Below, piece after piece: positions 1 through 9,843 of a stretch of DNA of 64,000 nucleotides. The notes under the pieces are model-generated. The model was not told where the DNA came from and did not search any database. It worked only from the letters and a program-made list of their open reading frames with translations. Every line of letters starts with the position of its first letter. Position 1 is the first letter of the stretch. The DNA is from Gemmatimonadales bacterium (GTDB taxonomy: Bacteria > Gemmatimonadota > Gemmatimonadetes > Gemmatimonadales > GWC2-71-9): positions 1,371-65,370 of the forward strand of contig JAHBVU010000019.1 of assembly GCA_019637315.1 (NCBI GenBank), read 5' to 3'. A program made the translations under genes and the position numbers.

Positions 1-207
1 ACGCCCTTCGTGCGCGCCGCGCTGACCGAGGCCTACGGCGGCGACATCGCCGAGATGACCCGGTTTCGCGACGCCCGCTGCCCGACCGGGAAGCAGGGCG
101 AGTCGTGGGATGTCGGCAACCTCGCGGTGTTCCTCGCGTCCGAGAAGGCGAAGTACATCACCGGCGCCGAGATGGTCGTGGACGGGGCCCAGACCCTCAG
201 GATCTAG
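1..207 (+). CDS. SDR-family oxidoreductase, C-terminal end only (gene starts upstream of the window)
   Basis: The frame is open from base 1 to TAG at 205-207. The tail ...NLAVFLASEKAKYITGAEMVVDGAQTLRI is a typical short-chain dehydrogenase C-terminus. GC3 is high. Confidence 0.7.
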   Translation, partial: TPFVRAALTEAYGGDIAEMTRFRDARCPTGKQGESWDVGNLAVFLASEKAKYITGAEMVVDGAQTLRI

Positions 208-210
208 CCG

Positions 211-1146
211 ATGATGATTTCGACGATCGACACCCATACGGCCGGCGGCCCGACCCGCATCGTGCTGGACGGTTTGCCGCCGCTGACTGGCGCGACGGCC
301 GCAGAGCGCATGGGTGTCTTCCGAACCGAGCACGACGCGATTCGGAAGTTCCTGCTCAACGAGCCGCGCGGTCATCGCGGCATGTACGGCGCGGTGGTCA
401 GCCCGTCAGATGATCCCGAGGTGGACCTGTCGGTCTTTTTCATGACGACCGGCGGGTATCTCCCGACCTGCGTTCACGGCTCGATCGGCGTGGCAACCGC
501 AATGCTCGCCGAGGGGAGGCTCCAGCCTCGGCCCGACGGTAACCTGTACTTCGACACCCCGGGCGGACGAATGCCGCTGACCCCGCGGTATCAGGGCGGT
601 GCCTTGGCCGCGATCTCGTTGCGGACTCAACCAGGGACGGTCACTCAGCCCCAGGTCGAGCTGGACGCTGACGGCGCCCAGATCGTGGCCTCGGCGGTGT
701 TCTGCGGTGTGCCTTTCCTCCTCGTCCCCGCCGATCAGACTGGCAAGGCGGCAGTCCAGGACAACCTGGCGTTCTTCGTAGACCTCGGGGTGCGGCTGCT
801 CGCCCAGGCGGGGCCGAGCTACGTCCTGGCGCTGTTTTACGAGGCGCTACCGGGTGGAGGGTTCCGCGATGTTGTCATCGGACGGACCGGTGGCATCGAT
901 CGATCGCCGTGTGGCGCCGGTGTCGGCGCGCTGGCAATCCACGAACACGTCGCGGGCCGCCTTCCGGTCGGTGCCGAGCTGACGGTCACGGGGCTCATCG
1001 GAACTCAGTTTGCGGTCCGCGTGGTGAGCGCCGACGCGGGCGGGGTGACCCCCGAGATTTCGGGGAGCGCCTGGGTCACCGGCACCCATCAGTTTGTGCT
1101 GGCCGAGTCGGATCCGTTGGCGGAGGGTTTCGATCTGGGCCGGTAG
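211..1146 (+). CDS. Proline racemase / 4-hydroxyproline epimerase family protein
   Basis: 311 aa. It has the N-terminal IDTHTAGGPTRIV and C-terminal DRSPCGAG family motifs. It starts 4 nt after the SDR stop codon. Confidence 0.85.
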   Translation: MMISTIDTHTAGGPTRIVLDGLPPLTGATAAERMGVFRTEHDAIRKFLLNEPRGHRGMYGAVVSPSDDPEVDLSVFFMTTGGYLPTCVHGSIGVATAMLAEGRLQPRPDGNLYFDTPGGRMPLTPRYQGGALAAISLRTQPGTVTQPQVELDADGAQIVASAVFCGVPFLLVPADQTGKAAVQDNLAFFVDLGVRLLAQAGPSYVLALFYEALPGGGFRDVVIGRTGGIDRSPCGAGVGALAIHEHVAGRLPVGAELTVTGLIGTQFAVRVVSADAGGVTPEISGSAWVTGTHQFVLAESDPLAEGFDLGR

Positions 1147-1160
1147 CCGGCGGCCGCCGC

Positions 1161-1179
1161 TCAACGCCCTGGGCGTTGA
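1161..1179. terminator. Perfect 8-bp-stem hairpin TCAACGCC-ctg-GGCGTTGA after the proline-racemase-family gene
   Basis: The inverted repeat was read directly, 15 nt after the stop at 1144-1146. There is no clear T tract. Confidence 0.4.
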
Positions 1180-1382
1180 ACTCGGACAACGGATCTTTGA
1201 AGTCGGGGAGTATCGGTGCCTGCCGGTGACCACTGCATGCCGAGACAAGTCAGGGTCCAGACGGCTTCGATCCGCTCTTCCCGGGAATAGCGCAGCCACT
1301 CCAGGTCGGTGAGCGGTTGAGTTTCCCCCGGACGTACGACGCGGCTAACGATATGGCGATGGGAACGAGGGGTCTCGGCCAT
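1161..1382 (-). CDS. Hypothetical small protein (73 aa from MAETPRSH...), possibly a decaying or foreign gene
   Basis: Part of ORF 1161..1424. GC3 is lower than in neighbouring genes (about 65% by hand count). I recognised no motif and no clear SD. Confidence 0.25.
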   Translation of the reverse strand: MAETPRSHRHIVSRVVRPGETQPLTDLEWLRYSREERIEAVWTLTCLGMQWSPAGTDTPRLQRSVVRVQRPGR

Positions 1383-1454
1383 GTCGCAATATAGTGATTG
1401 GGCCTCGGCTGCAGCCTGTGCCATCCTGTCGGTTCCGTCCCCTTATCTTCGGGC

Positions 1455-3356
<1,902 letters not shown>

Positions 3357-3433
3357 CGGGGGCGTCCCCTGGCACCGGACCGGGTGGGACGGGCGGGTCA
3401 CGATTGGGTTCGGGCGGCTTCCTATCTTGGGGC

Positions 3434-4105
3434 ATGACTACTCGTAACCGTTGCGATGCACGCATCGCCAGCCGCCTTGCCGCCGCCTTCGTGTTCGCGG
3501 CCGCTGCCCTCGCCACCTCGCAGGCCCCTGCCGCCGCACAGATCACCGTCGCCGGCGGCTACACCTATATGCCTGGCCGGATCGGCGATGCCCGGTCGGA
3601 GCACGGCCCGACGCTCCGTCTGGACTTGCGCCTCGTCTCCAACCGGTGGGCCCGGCTGTCGGTGGAGGGTAGCGTCGATCGACTGAATCAATCGCGGATC
3701 CAGGGCGGCAACGACGCGTGCCTGCTGCCTGGCAACGTGGTCGGGCGGTGCAACCTGGATATTCGGAATCGCGATCTGGTGCTGACCGGGGCAGTCGTGA
3801 CTCGGTTCGGTCCGCAGGGGTCGGGCGTCAATCCGTATCTGCTCGTCGGCGCCGGGGTCACCTCCGTGCGGACCAAGCTGGATCAGGTCGGGACCGATAA
3901 CGCGGGCAACGTGCTGCCCAACTTTACCGTCTCGGGCACCTCTACCGATGGCGGCCTCGTGGCCCCGCTCGGCGCAGGCGTGGCCATTCCATGGGGTGGT
4001 CGGGCCTTCACGATCGAGGCACGGGCTACCCCGATCCTCCACAACTACTCGGGCGGGCCCCAGTTCAACGTGATCCCCAGCCTGACGGTCGGGTTGCGGT
4101 TCTGA
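3434..4105 (+). CDS. Outer-membrane beta-barrel protein (porin-family-like)
   Basis: Signal peptide ...AAALATSQAPAAAQ, alternating beta-strand pattern and a terminal aromatic residue (...LTVGLRF). I chose the start at ATG 3434. Confidence 0.6.
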   Translation: MTTRNRCDARIASRLAAAFVFAAAALATSQAPAAAQITVAGGYTYMPGRIGDARSEHGPTLRLDLRLVSNRWARLSVEGSVDRLNQSRIQGGNDACLLPGNVVGRCNLDIRNRDLVLTGAVVTRFGPQGSGVNPYLLVGAGVTSVRTKLDQVGTDNAGNVLPNFTVSGTSTDGGLVAPLGAGVAIPWGGRAFTIEARATPILHNYSGGPQFNVIPSLTVGLRF

Positions 4106-4216
4106 TCCCGACGCCGCCACCGCGGTCGCCGGCATCCAGCCGGCGGCGCGGAGCGGCTGATCCACCGGTCTCCACCCGCTGGCGCCGCGCGGCTGGCGGC
4201 GTATCTTCTCGCCACC

Positions 4217-6058
4217 ATGTCCTGGCTGCTTTCCATCCTCGTAGGCTTCCTCGCGGCGGCCGCCGGCGGCGTCATTGCCGGCGCCATCGCGTCGGGGGCG
4301 GTTTCCTGGTACCGGATCTCGAGCTTCGAAGGCGGCTCCGGCTACTTCGTCGTCGGCATGATCATCCTCGGCCTGATGGCCGGCCTGCTGATCGGTGTGA
4401 TCGGCGCCAGGATCGTGGCCGCCGGCCCGAATCCCGGCTTCCTCAAGGCGCTGGGTGTCGGGGTCGGTGTCGTGGTCGGTCTGGGCGTTCTGATCGGTGG
4501 GGCGGCCCGGCTCCTCGCCGACGTACCGCCGACGGTTGGCGGGCAGGAGTTGCACGTCATGGTCGAGGTTCGCTGGCCCGAGGGTGAGCCGGTTCCGGAC
4601 CCGGAGAGCACCAGGGCCCGGATCGCGCTCGGCTCGGTCAGTGGTGCTCGGGTGCTGCGCGGGTCCTCGGATGGTCCGCTCTGGCTCGGCGACGTTCGAC
4701 TCGAGGAGGGGCGGCAGGTCGTGCCCGGTGCGGTCGAGCTGTTCACCGAGCGCGGCAAGCGGGTCATCGACATCCAGGTCGGCGACTCGAGCCTCGCCGG
4801 TTTTCTGCTGCCGATACCGCGCCGGCCCGGGCGGAGGCACTTCGAGTGGAGTCCCTGGTACCCGACGCCGCGCGGCGGATCCGAACCGTGGCCCCCGCAC
4901 AAGTTCTCGATTCGCTACCGGATCCAGCCGCGCGACCAGCCGGTTCGGGTCGATCGGATCGGTGACTTCGAGGTGGCCACGATCGCATGGGGATTCTGGG
5001 CCGAATCGGGGGGGCGCCTCGCCGCCAGCGCCGAGTACCTGATCAGCCACCGCGGCCAGCCGGTGGATTTCGCGGTCGACACGGCCAGCAACGGACCGGT
5101 GCCGGGCGCTGCGCATCGAGCGCAAGCTGTCGGAGTCGTCGTCGGCGCGACCCCGGCGCTGGTGGCGGCTGTACCCGGCAGGGCAGCGTCCCGGCACTGC
5201 TATCTGGTGGTCCCGGCCGGCGACTCGGCGCGGGTCGAGCGGATCGGCCCCTGCGGCTACACGGTCGATGCCGATCTGCTGACCTCCGATACGGCACAGT
5301 TCTGGGCCCACCGGTCCCGCACGACGGTGCGGGGGACGATCGACCGGGTCACCTATCGCGAGCCCGGTCGCTATCAGGTGGGCGACGCGGTGCTCGATAC
5401 CCGCCGCCTCACGATCCAGCCGCTGCCGCAGTTTCCCAGCGAGACCAGTCAGCCGTCGGACGTTCCGCCGCTCGGCATTTCACCGGATGAGCGGAGCCTG
5501 GTGCGCTTCGTCTATCATGGCTATTCGGTCAGCACGACGGTGTTGCTCGACGTGGATCTGGTGGCGGGCACGGCGACGATGTTGCCGATCGACCGGAATC
5601 GGATGCGCTACGCCGAGGGAAGCGAACTCGACCCCGCCTGGGTGCTGCACCACTTCGAGTGGGTCCGCGGCGCCGACGGGATCGATCGTCTCAGGGAGCG
5701 ACCGAACTTCACGCCGCTACCCTATCGGGGTCGGATCTCCACCGCGCACGACGGGGGGCACTACTACACCTTGAAGCCGGCCGGCCAGGCGCTGGCGGAC
5801 GCGGTGGTCGAGTTCCTGGTTGCGGAGCTGGGAGGGACGGTGCTGCCTCGCGGGGAGTACGCCACCTGGGACAAGGTCCGGATTGGCGAGCGGACCGTCA
5901 GCGTGATGGCTACCGGCAGCGCCGCCGAGGCATACGTGATGGTGTCGCTCGAAATCGGCGAGAAGGACCCGGCTCTGATTCCGGACGTGGCGCGTCGGTT
6001 CGATGCGGCGCTCGCGACCGGCCGGTACGACGCGCTGTTCGGCGTTCCCGAGTCGTGA
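4217..6058 (+). CDS. Hypothetical membrane protein (3 predicted N-terminal TM helices plus a ~480-aa domain I do not recognise)
   Basis: 613-aa ORF with high GC3 and a Gly/Ala/Ile-rich hydrophobic N-terminus. I recognised no motif. Confidence 0.6.
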   Translation: MSWLLSILVGFLAAAAGGVIAGAIASGAVSWYRISSFEGGSGYFVVGMIILGLMAGLLIGVIGARIVAAGPNPGFLKALGVGVGVVVGLGVLIGGAARLLADVPPTVGGQELHVMVEVRWPEGEPVPDPESTRARIALGSVSGARVLRGSSDGPLWLGDVRLEEGRQVVPGAVELFTERGKRVIDIQVGDSSLAGFLLPIPRRPGRRHFEWSPWYPTPRGGSEPWPPHKFSIRYRIQPRDQPVRVDRIGDFEVATIAWGFWAESGGRLAASAEYLISHRGQPVDFAVDTASNGPVPGAAHRAQAVGVVVGATPALVAAVPGRAASRHCYLVVPAGDSARVERIGPCGYTVDADLLTSDTAQFWAHRSRTTVRGTIDRVTYREPGRYQVGDAVLDTRRLTIQPLPQFPSETSQPSDVPPLGISPDERSLVRFVYHGYSVSTTVLLDVDLVAGTATMLPIDRNRMRYAEGSELDPAWVLHHFEWVRGADGIDRLRERPNFTPLPYRGRISTAHDGGHYYTLKPAGQALADAVVEFLVAELGGTVLPRGEYATWDKVRIGERTVSVMATGSAAEAYVMVSLEIGEKDPALIPDVARRFDAALATGRYDALFGVPES

Positions 6059-6062
6059 AGGC

Positions 6063-6091
6063 TTGACGGCCTGCGAGGGAGGCCTTAGCAT
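6063..6091 (+). promoter_or_regulatory. Sigma70-like promoter TTGACG-17-TAGCAT for the TetR operon
   Basis: Hexamers read directly at 6063-6068 and 6086-6091 with a 17-nt spacer, in an otherwise GC-rich context. Confidence 0.5.
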
Positions 6092-6100
6092 ATCTCAGAA

Positions 6101-6116
6101 TTAGTCAATTGACTAA
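6101..6116. promoter_or_regulatory. Perfect 16-bp palindrome TTAGTCAATTGACTAA, candidate TetR operator
   Basis: The palindrome was read directly and verified against the antisense ORF translation (...SQLTNSEIC). It lies about +3 to +18 relative to the predicted promoter and 83 nt upstream of the TetR ATG. Confidence 0.65.
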
Positions 6117-6198
6117 ATCGTACGACTAAGCAGAGCCAACCGGGGGCACGAATGGCGACGATGCGGGGCGTTTCTGGTGCCCGGAAAGCAGTGCGAGG

Positions 6199-6861
6199 AT
6201 GACCAGCCACTCGGAGCGGGCCGCCGCCGCGCGGCAGGACACCGAGCAACGGTTCCTCGATGCCGCCGAGCGGCTGCTGGTGGAGGTCGGCTACGCCGCC
6301 ATCACGACGCGTCGCCTGGCGGAAGAGACGAGGGCCAACCAGGGCCTGATCCACTACTACTTCGGCTCGATGGAGGAGCTCCTCCTCCGCGTGCTCGAGC
6401 GCTTCACGGAGCGGCTGGTGGCGCGGCAGCGTGAGATGTATGCCTCGCCGGCGCCGTACCTCGAGAAGTGGCGCACGGCGATGCGCTACCTCGACGACGA
6501 CCGTCCCTACCAGAAGATCTGGTGGGAGCTGCAGGCCATGGCGTGGAATCGGCCGGAGTTCCGCGAGCGGGTGGCCCGGGTGCAGGCTGCCTGGTGCGAT
6601 GCGATGCGGCCGGCGGTCGCTGAGGCGGTTCGGCGTTACGGGCTCGAGGGTCCGCTCTCGGCCGACCATTGGGTCACGCTGGTGGTCGCGCTGAACGAGG
6701 GGATCATTCTGGAGCGGCTCTCGGGCACCCGGCGCGGCCACGCGGAGCTGCTTGCTGCGATCGATGCCTGGCTGGTCGCGCTGGAAAGTGGGGTGCAGGC
6801 GTCGCGGCCTCCCGGGCTCCCGGCGAGCGAGGGGAGCCGCGCCACCGCGAGGACTCGATGA
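6199..6861 (+). CDS. TetR/AcrR family transcriptional regulator
   Basis: 220 aa with an N-terminal HTH (...GYAAITTRRLAEETRANQGLIHYYFGS...) typical of TetR_N. Confidence 0.85.
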   Translation: MTSHSERAAAARQDTEQRFLDAAERLLVEVGYAAITTRRLAEETRANQGLIHYYFGSMEELLLRVLERFTERLVARQREMYASPAPYLEKWRTAMRYLDDDRPYQKIWWELQAMAWNRPEFRERVARVQAAWCDAMRPAVAEAVRRYGLEGPLSADHWVTLVVALNEGIILERLSGTRRGHAELLAAIDAWLVALESGVQASRPPGLPASEGSRATARTR

Positions 6862-8984
6862 GGGCCGTCGAGCCGGTTCGGGCCGGGTACGCCGAGCGCG
6901 AGGGGGTACGCCTCTATTACGAGGTGTTCGGCGAGGGCAGCCGCCCGACCCTCTTTCTGCTCCCCACCTGGTCGATCATCCATTCGCGGCAGTGGAAAGC
7001 GCAGGTACCATACCTCTCGCGCCACTTCGGCGTCCTGACCTATGACGGACGCGGCAACGGCCGCTCCGACCGACCCCAGACCCCCGAAGCGTACACTGCG
7101 GCAGAGTACGCCCGGGACGCGCTGGCGGTGATGGACGCCGCCGGGACGGAGCGCGCCGTGCTGGTCTCGCTGTCGATTGGTGCCCAGCATGCGCTCCGGC
7201 TGGCGGCGGACCACCCCGAGCGAGTGGACGGGATGGTCTTCATTGCCGCGACCGTTCCGCTTGCCCCGGGACATTCCGTGCGCAGCGCCCACTCCTTCAC
7301 CGAGCCGCTCGCCACCACGGAAGGGTGGGCGCGCTACAATGCCCCGTACTGGCGTCGTGATTTCGTCGGCTTCCTCGAGTTCTTCTTCTCGCGGATGTTC
7401 AGCGAGCCGCATTCGACCAAGCAGATCGAAGATTGCGTGGCCTGGGGGCTCGAAACGGATCCCGAAACGCTGATCGCCACGGCCCGGGCTCCCTGGCTCA
7501 CCGAAGCGGAGACGCTGGCGCTGTGCGGCCTGGTTCGCTGTCCAGTGCTCGTGCTGCACGGCGACCAGGATGAGATCAGTCCGCCCGCTCGCTCCGTGGC
7601 GCTGGCCCATGCCACCGGAGGGGCGCTGGTTACCCTCGAGGGCTCCGGCCACGGTCCCCACGGGCGCGACCCGGTGACGGTGAACCTTCTGGTGCGAGAC
7701 TTCGCCGGGAGCATCGCTGCGCATCAGGATGCGCAGCCGAGTGCTGCGCCGCCGCCCGCAGTCTGGCGGCGGGCGCGGGCCCGGAAGCGGCGGGCGCTCC
7801 TCGTGTCCTCACCGATTGGCCTGGGCCACGCGCGCCGGGGTCTCGCGATTGCGAGGGAGCTCCGCCGGCTGGTGCCGGACCTCGAGATCGACTGGCTGGC
7901 GCAGGACCCCGTGACCCGCGTGCTGGAGGCGGAAGGGGAGCGGATCCATCCCGCCAGTGCGCACCTGGCCAATGAGTCGCGTCACATCGAGAGTGAGTCG
8001 GGCGAGCATGACCTGCACGTCTTCCAGGCGTGGCGGCGCATGGACGAGATCCTGCTTGCCAACTTCATGGTCTTCCTCGATCTGGTGCGTGCGGAGCCGT
8101 ACGACCTCTGGATCGGCGACGAGGCGTGGGAACTCGACTACTACCTGCACGAGAATCCCGAGCTCAAGACCGCGGCCTACGTCTGGCTGAGCGACTTCGT
8201 GGGATGGCTGCCCATGCCGGACGGCGGGGAGCGGGAGGCCGCACTCACGGCCGACTACAACGCGGAGATGATCGCTCAGATCGCGCGGTACCCGCGGGTC
8301 CGCGACCGCTCGATCTTCATCGGCGACGCGGACGACATCGTTCCGGAGCGCTTCGGCCCCGGCCTGCCGTGGATCCGCGAATGGACCGAGGCGCACTTCC
8401 GGTTCTCCGGCTACATCGGCGGTTACGACCCGGCCGAACTTCCGGAGCGCAGCCGGCTTCGTGCCGAGCTGGGCTACGGACCTGACGAGCAGGTCTGTCT
8501 CGTCACGGTGGGTGGCTCCGGCGTGGGACGTGACCTGCTGGCGCGCACCGTCGCGGCCTTCGACGAGGCGCGCCAGCGGGTGCCGGTGCTCCGGATGGTG
8601 GCGGTTGCCGGCCCGCGGATCGACCCGCGTGGTTTCGGGGAGCGGGAGGGACTCGAGGTCCTTCCCTATGTGCACGGACTCTATCGCCACCTGGCGGCGG
8701 CCGACTTCGCCGTGGTGCAGGGTGGGCTCAGCACCACGATGGAACTCGTGGCGGCCGAACGACCCTTCCTGTACGTCCCGCTGCGGCATCACTGTGAACA
8801 GAACTTCCACGTGCACCACCGGCTGCTGCGCTACGGCGCCGGTCGGAAGCTGGATTTCGACGAGGCGTCGCCCGCGGCCATCGCGGAGGCGATTGCGAGT
8901 GATATCGGCCGCACCGTCCGCTACCGACCGGTCCGGTCCGGTGCTGCGCGGCGAGCGGCAGAGATCATTGCCGAACTGCTCTGA
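6858..8984 (+). CDS. Fusion protein: N-terminal alpha/beta hydrolase plus C-terminal GT-B glycosyltransferase (MurG/GT28-like)
   Basis: ATG 6858 overlaps the TetR stop (ATGA). The hydrolase part has YDGRGNGRSD and VSLSIGA (nucleophile-elbow-like). The GT part has LLVSSPIGLGHARRGLAIAREL and ...QGGLSTTMELVAAERPFLYVPL. It is one uninterrupted frame. Confidence 0.75.
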   Translation: MRAVEPVRAGYAEREGVRLYYEVFGEGSRPTLFLLPTWSIIHSRQWKAQVPYLSRHFGVLTYDGRGNGRSDRPQTPEAYTAAEYARDALAVMDAAGTERAVLVSLSIGAQHALRLAADHPERVDGMVFIAATVPLAPGHSVRSAHSFTEPLATTEGWARYNAPYWRRDFVGFLEFFFSRMFSEPHSTKQIEDCVAWGLETDPETLIATARAPWLTEAETLALCGLVRCPVLVLHGDQDEISPPARSVALAHATGGALVTLEGSGHGPHGRDPVTVNLLVRDFAGSIAAHQDAQPSAAPPPAVWRRARARKRRALLVSSPIGLGHARRGLAIARELRRLVPDLEIDWLAQDPVTRVLEAEGERIHPASAHLANESRHIESESGEHDLHVFQAWRRMDEILLANFMVFLDLVRAEPYDLWIGDEAWELDYYLHENPELKTAAYVWLSDFVGWLPMPDGGEREAALTADYNAEMIAQIARYPRVRDRSIFIGDADDIVPERFGPGLPWIREWTEAHFRFSGYIGGYDPAELPERSRLRAELGYGPDEQVCLVTVGGSGVGRDLLARTVAAFDEARQRVPVLRMVAVAGPRIDPRGFGEREGLEVLPYVHGLYRHLAAADFAVVQGGLSTTMELVAAERPFLYVPLRHHCEQNFHVHHRLLRYGAGRKLDFDEASPAAIAEAIASDIGRTVRYRPVRSGAARRAAEIIAELL

Positions 8985-9053
8985 CTGAAGGCTTTCGGGC
9001 GGGAGCCGGTTCGTCCCGCCGTGTCTCCATACTCCTTCGACCGGGAGGCTCTG

Positions 9054-9836
9054 ATGCGTCGCACTCTCTACCTTGTCTACGGGCTGGTCGCCTACGCGCT
9101 CTTCTTCGGCACCTTCCTCTACGCCATCGGATTCGTTGGCAACCTGGTGGTGCCGAAGTCGATCGATTCCGGTACGCCGGGCTCGCCGATGGCCGCGTTC
9201 CTGGTCAACGCCCTCCTGCTCACCCTCTTTGCCGTGCAGCACAGCGGGATGGCGCGACCCGGATTCAAACGCTGGTGGACCCGTCTCGTGCCCGAGCCGG
9301 TCGAGCGCAGCACCTATGTGCTGCTCGCCAGCCTGACGCTGCTCGCCCTCTTTGCGTTCTGGCGTCCGCTCCCGCAGGTGGTCTGGGACGTGGGCGGGGG
9401 TACCCTTGCCGGCGCGGTGCTGCTAGGCCTCTTTGCGCTGGGTTGGCTGATCGTGCTGCTGTCGACGTTCATGATCGGGCACGCCAACCTCTTCGGCCTC
9501 GAGCAGGTCTGGACGAACCTGCTTGGTCGGATGCGCGGCGACGATCAGTTTCGGACGCCGCTGCTCTACGGACTGGTGCGTCACCCGATCATGCTGGGCT
9601 TCCTGATCGCGTTCTGGGCCACACCGGTCATGACGGTTGGGCACCTGCTCTTCGCGGTCGCCACGACGGGATACATTCTGATCGCCACGCGGCTCGAGGA
9701 GCGCGACCTGATAGCCCATTTCGGCGATCGCTATCGCGAGTACCGGCGCCGGGTCCCTGCGTTCCTGCCCGTGCCGCGGGTCGGGCGTCATGCCGAGGTC
9801 CGGGACGGGGAACGGGGACGGGCCGGCGCGAGCTGA
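9054..9836 (+). CDS. ICMT/PEMT-like membrane methyltransferase, MddA-like (methanethiol S-methyltransferase family candidate)
   Basis: 260 aa and multi-TM. C-terminal motif [21 protein letters not shown]...[30 protein letters not shown] lies 5 nt upstream of ATG 9054. Confidence 0.65.
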   Translation: MRRTLYLVYGLVAYALFFGTFLYAIGFVGNLVVPKSIDSGTPGSPMAAFLVNALLLTLFAVQHSGMARPGFKRWWTRLVPEPVERSTYVLLASLTLLALFAFWRPLPQVVWDVGGGTLAGAVLLGLFALGWLIVLLSTFMIGHANLFGLEQVWTNLLGRMRGDDQFRTPLLYGLVRHPIMLGFLIAFWATPVMTVGHLLFAVATTGYILIATRLEERDLIAHFGDRYREYRRRVPAFLPVPRVGRHAEVRDGERGRAGAS

Positions 9837-9843
9837 AGGGGCG

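Noticed and set aside
1398-1454. Upstream start at 1398 for the ABC-F gene (and similar N-terminal extensions at 3353, 11564, 26230, 27414, 35078 and 58632 in the ORF track)
   Set aside because: The extensions encode atypical low-complexity or Cys/Arg-rich peptides. Internal ATG/GTG starts give canonical N-termini or signal peptides with SD or -10 context.
3422-5311. 629-aa minus-strand ORF spanning the OMP gene and the 613-aa membrane-protein gene
   Set aside because: It is antisense to better ORFs. Its Arg/Pro/Gly/Asp-rich, low-complexity translation is typical of shadow frames in high-GC DNA. It has no motifs and no start context.
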